The position numbers and the translations under genes are program-made. Below the pieces are notes generated by a model. The model worked only from the letters and a program-made list of their open reading frames with translations. It did no database searches and had not been told where the DNA came from. From NCBI GenBank assembly GCA_963977445.1, contig CAXBPH010000067.1:1-28578 (forward strand): a stretch of DNA of 28,578 nt. The letters are read 5' to 3'. This DNA comes from an uncultured bacterium (GTDB lineage: Bacteria > Hydrogenedentota > Hydrogenedentia > Hydrogenedentales > JAEUWI01). This document shows positions 26,532 through 28,578 of this stretch, in pieces. Position 1 is the stretch's first letter; every line of letters starts with the position of its first letter.

Positions 26532-27161
26532 TCAATTTTCCTCGATCTGTTCAGGCTTCCACGTCCGAACGGCCCAGATAAAGAAGCCGATCAGGAAGAA
26601 AGCGCCCGGAGACAAGACCATGAGACCATTGGTGGTATACCAGCCGCCGCTCGTGACAGGGTTCAGAACCGTCATCCCGAAAAGCGTACCCGAACCAAAG
26701 AGTTCGCGGAAGAATGCGACGCACATGAGCACGATGCTGTAGCCCACGCCGTTACCGAATCCGTCCAACGCACTCTTATAGGGGCCATTCTGCATGGCGT
26801 AGCCTTCGGCCCGACCCATAACAATACAGTTGGTAATAATGAGACCCACGAAAACCGAGAGCTGCTTGCTGATCTCGAAAAGATAGGCTTTCAGAATCTG
26901 GTCTGTCAGAATAACGAAGGTCGCGATTACCGAAAGCTGCACGATGATGCGGATGGATGGCGGAATGTTGTTGCGGAGCAGGCTGACCACGAGCGACGAG
27001 CACGCCGTCACGGCCGTTACTGCCAGGCACATTACAAAGGCCGTTTCCATCTTGGTCGTTACGGCAAGGGCCGAACAAATGCCGAGCACCTGCAGTGCGA
27101 TGGGGTTGTTGTTAAACAGGGGGTCGAGAACTATTTCTCGTTCTTTTTTTCCGAATTGCAT
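26532..27161 (-). CDS. nqrD: Na+-NQR subunit D
   Basis: [18 protein letters not shown] and [22 protein letters not shown]. Confidence 0.96.
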   Translation of the reverse strand: MQFGKKEREIVLDPLFNNNPIALQVLGICSALAVTTKMETAFVMCLAVTAVTACSSLVVSLLRNNIPPSIRIIVQLSVIATFVILTDQILKAYLFEISKQLSVFVGLIITNCIVMGRAEGYAMQNGPYKSALDGFGNGVGYSIVLMCVAFFRELFGSGTLFGMTVLNPVTSGGWYTTNGLMVLSPGAFFLIGFFIWAVRTWKPEQIEEN

Positions 27162-27164
27162 GGC

Positions 27165-27929
27165 TTAGATGCTCCCGTTTTCACGAAATGACTTCAAATA
27201 GGGACCAAAACCCTGATCCCCCAGCCAGAATTTCAGCATATTCGTAACGCCCCGGCTCGTAATTGTCGCGCCACTGAGGCCGTCTACATGGTAGGGGTCG
27301 TTTGCTGGTGAATCGGCGGCGCCTTTGATTACGCGAATTGCCACATTCCAGTCGGCGTCGTAAATCTTGCGGTCCGGCCAGAGGCTCTTCCAAACCGGGT
27401 TATCCACTTCACCACCAAGACCAGGGGTTTCTTTGTGACTGTAATACGTGATACCGCGAATGGTCGTCGTGTCTGAACTGATGGCAAGATAGCCATAGAG
27501 CGTGCCCCAGAGTCCCTTACCCGAGATGGGCAGCACAAGCATATCAACCTTGTCGTCCTTCATCACCTGGTAAATTAAGATCTCTTCGGGAATCTCCGAC
27601 AATTGCGCCTCGTTACCGGGTGCCTTCATCTGGGGAATTTCCGCGGGGTCAAAATTTTCCGGCGCTACATCAGTGGCATAGGTGTCGGTCTTGAGATCGA
27701 CAACCTTCTGCGTGATATTCGAAAAGAGCTCTCGAATCTTCTCCGGAGAAACGCTCTCGCCGGTCTTAATGATACGACAGGCTTGCAAGACGCTCTTTTG
27801 TTTGTCGAGCTTCTGATTGGCTTCCTGTTTCGCCCTCAAACCTACGGCCGCGGTAGCCAGCAAGAAGGAGCAAATAAGGCACAGGCCCAGCGAAAACTTG
27901 TATGTATATGCGGTGCTAAACTGCTGCAT
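27165..27929 (-). CDS. nqrC: Na+-NQR subunit C
   Basis: N-terminal TM helix, [25 protein letters not shown]-Thr motif [10 protein letters not shown] and FWLG..GFGPYL. Confidence 0.96.
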   Translation of the reverse strand: MQQFSTAYTYKFSLGLCLICSFLLATAAVGLRAKQEANQKLDKQKSVLQACRIIKTGESVSPEKIRELFSNITQKVVDLKTDTYATDVAPENFDPAEIPQMKAPGNEAQLSEIPEEILIYQVMKDDKVDMLVLPISGKGLWGTLYGYLAISSDTTTIRGITYYSHKETPGLGGEVDNPVWKSLWPDRKIYDADWNVAIRVIKGAADSPANDPYHVDGLSGATITSRGVTNMLKFWLGDQGFGPYLKSFRENGSI

Positions 27930-28561
27930 TTCGTGCCAACCTTCTCTTGATGTTTGAGCGCTTGGCCATCCAATCGAGTAGCGGTGAAAACATGTTCATG
28001 AAGAGGATGGCCAGCATCATACCTTCGGGGAATGCCGGATTTACGACGCGTATCAAGATTGCAAACACGCCGATAAAGAAGCCGTAGATTAGTCGACCTC
28101 GGTTGGTATAGGGGGCCGAAACGGGGTCCGTGGCCATGAATACCAGTCCAAAAGCCCAGCCACCCAATACCATTTGCCAATGGAAGGGGACGTTCATCAG
28201 GGCGTTGGTTTCCGACCCGACCGAGTTCAGCAGGCCCGTTATCGCGAAGCTACCAACAAGCACACCGACCATGACACGCCATGATCCGATTCCGGTCACA
28301 ATGAGTATGCCCGCACCGATAATACAGGCCAACGTGGACGTTTCGCCCATGGAGCCGGGAATCGTGCCCAGGAATGCGTCCAGCCAGGTAATATCCATAC
28401 TGTTCAGGGCAGTTTTCCAAGCGTCTGCTGCGCTTGGGTCAACTACACCGGAAATTTGGCCCAAGGCCGTCGCGCCACTGAAACCGTCTACTTGATTGGC
28501 AGCTGTGATGGCCGTCCAGACTTTGTCACCGGAAATCTGTGCGGGATACGCAAAGAAGAGG
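27916..28561 (-). CDS. nqrB: Na+-NQR subunit B, 3' part (5' end outside the window)
   Basis: Reading back from the edge gives [24 protein letters not shown] (FMN-Thr motif), then [15 protein letters not shown] and [13 protein letters not shown]. Confidence 0.95.
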
Positions 28562-28578
28562 AGATCGGAAGAGCGTCG
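28562..28578 (+). other. Illumina TruSeq adapter remnant (technical artefact)
   Basis: The terminal 17 nt AGATCGGAAGAGCGTCG match the start of the adapter read-through sequence. NqrB similarity stops at this point. Confidence 0.93.

Overview
This ~28.6 kb bacterial window is moderately GC-rich and probably ends at a contig edge. The + strand carries a classical menaquinone cluster in two halves: menF plus a natural-looking menD-menH fusion, then menB-menA-menC-menE. About 13 kb of co-oriented unrelated genes lie exactly at the H/B junction. Five of them form a functionally uncharacterised peptide-ligase/transglutaminase locus: transglutaminase+DUF2126-type amidoligase, circularly permuted ATP-grasp+alpha-E fusion, transglutaminase, stand-alone circularly permuted ATP-grasp, and alpha-E. 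The other two are a secreted sulfatase and psd. The - strand carries the Na+-NQR operon (nqrB partial, nqrC-D-E-F), apbE and a uronate isomerase. Features outside the supplied ORF track are a partial beta-CASP/MBL nuclease-like gene at the left edge with a near-leaderless sigma70 promoter, a 39-aa ORF with a strong RBS, a nested inverted-repeat (REPIN/MITE-like) element with compensatory base changes, a 9-bp tandem repeat, a multi-stem structure between nqrE and nqrF, and an Illumina adapter remnant in the last 17 nt. All calls come from motif recognition by eye; no searches were run.
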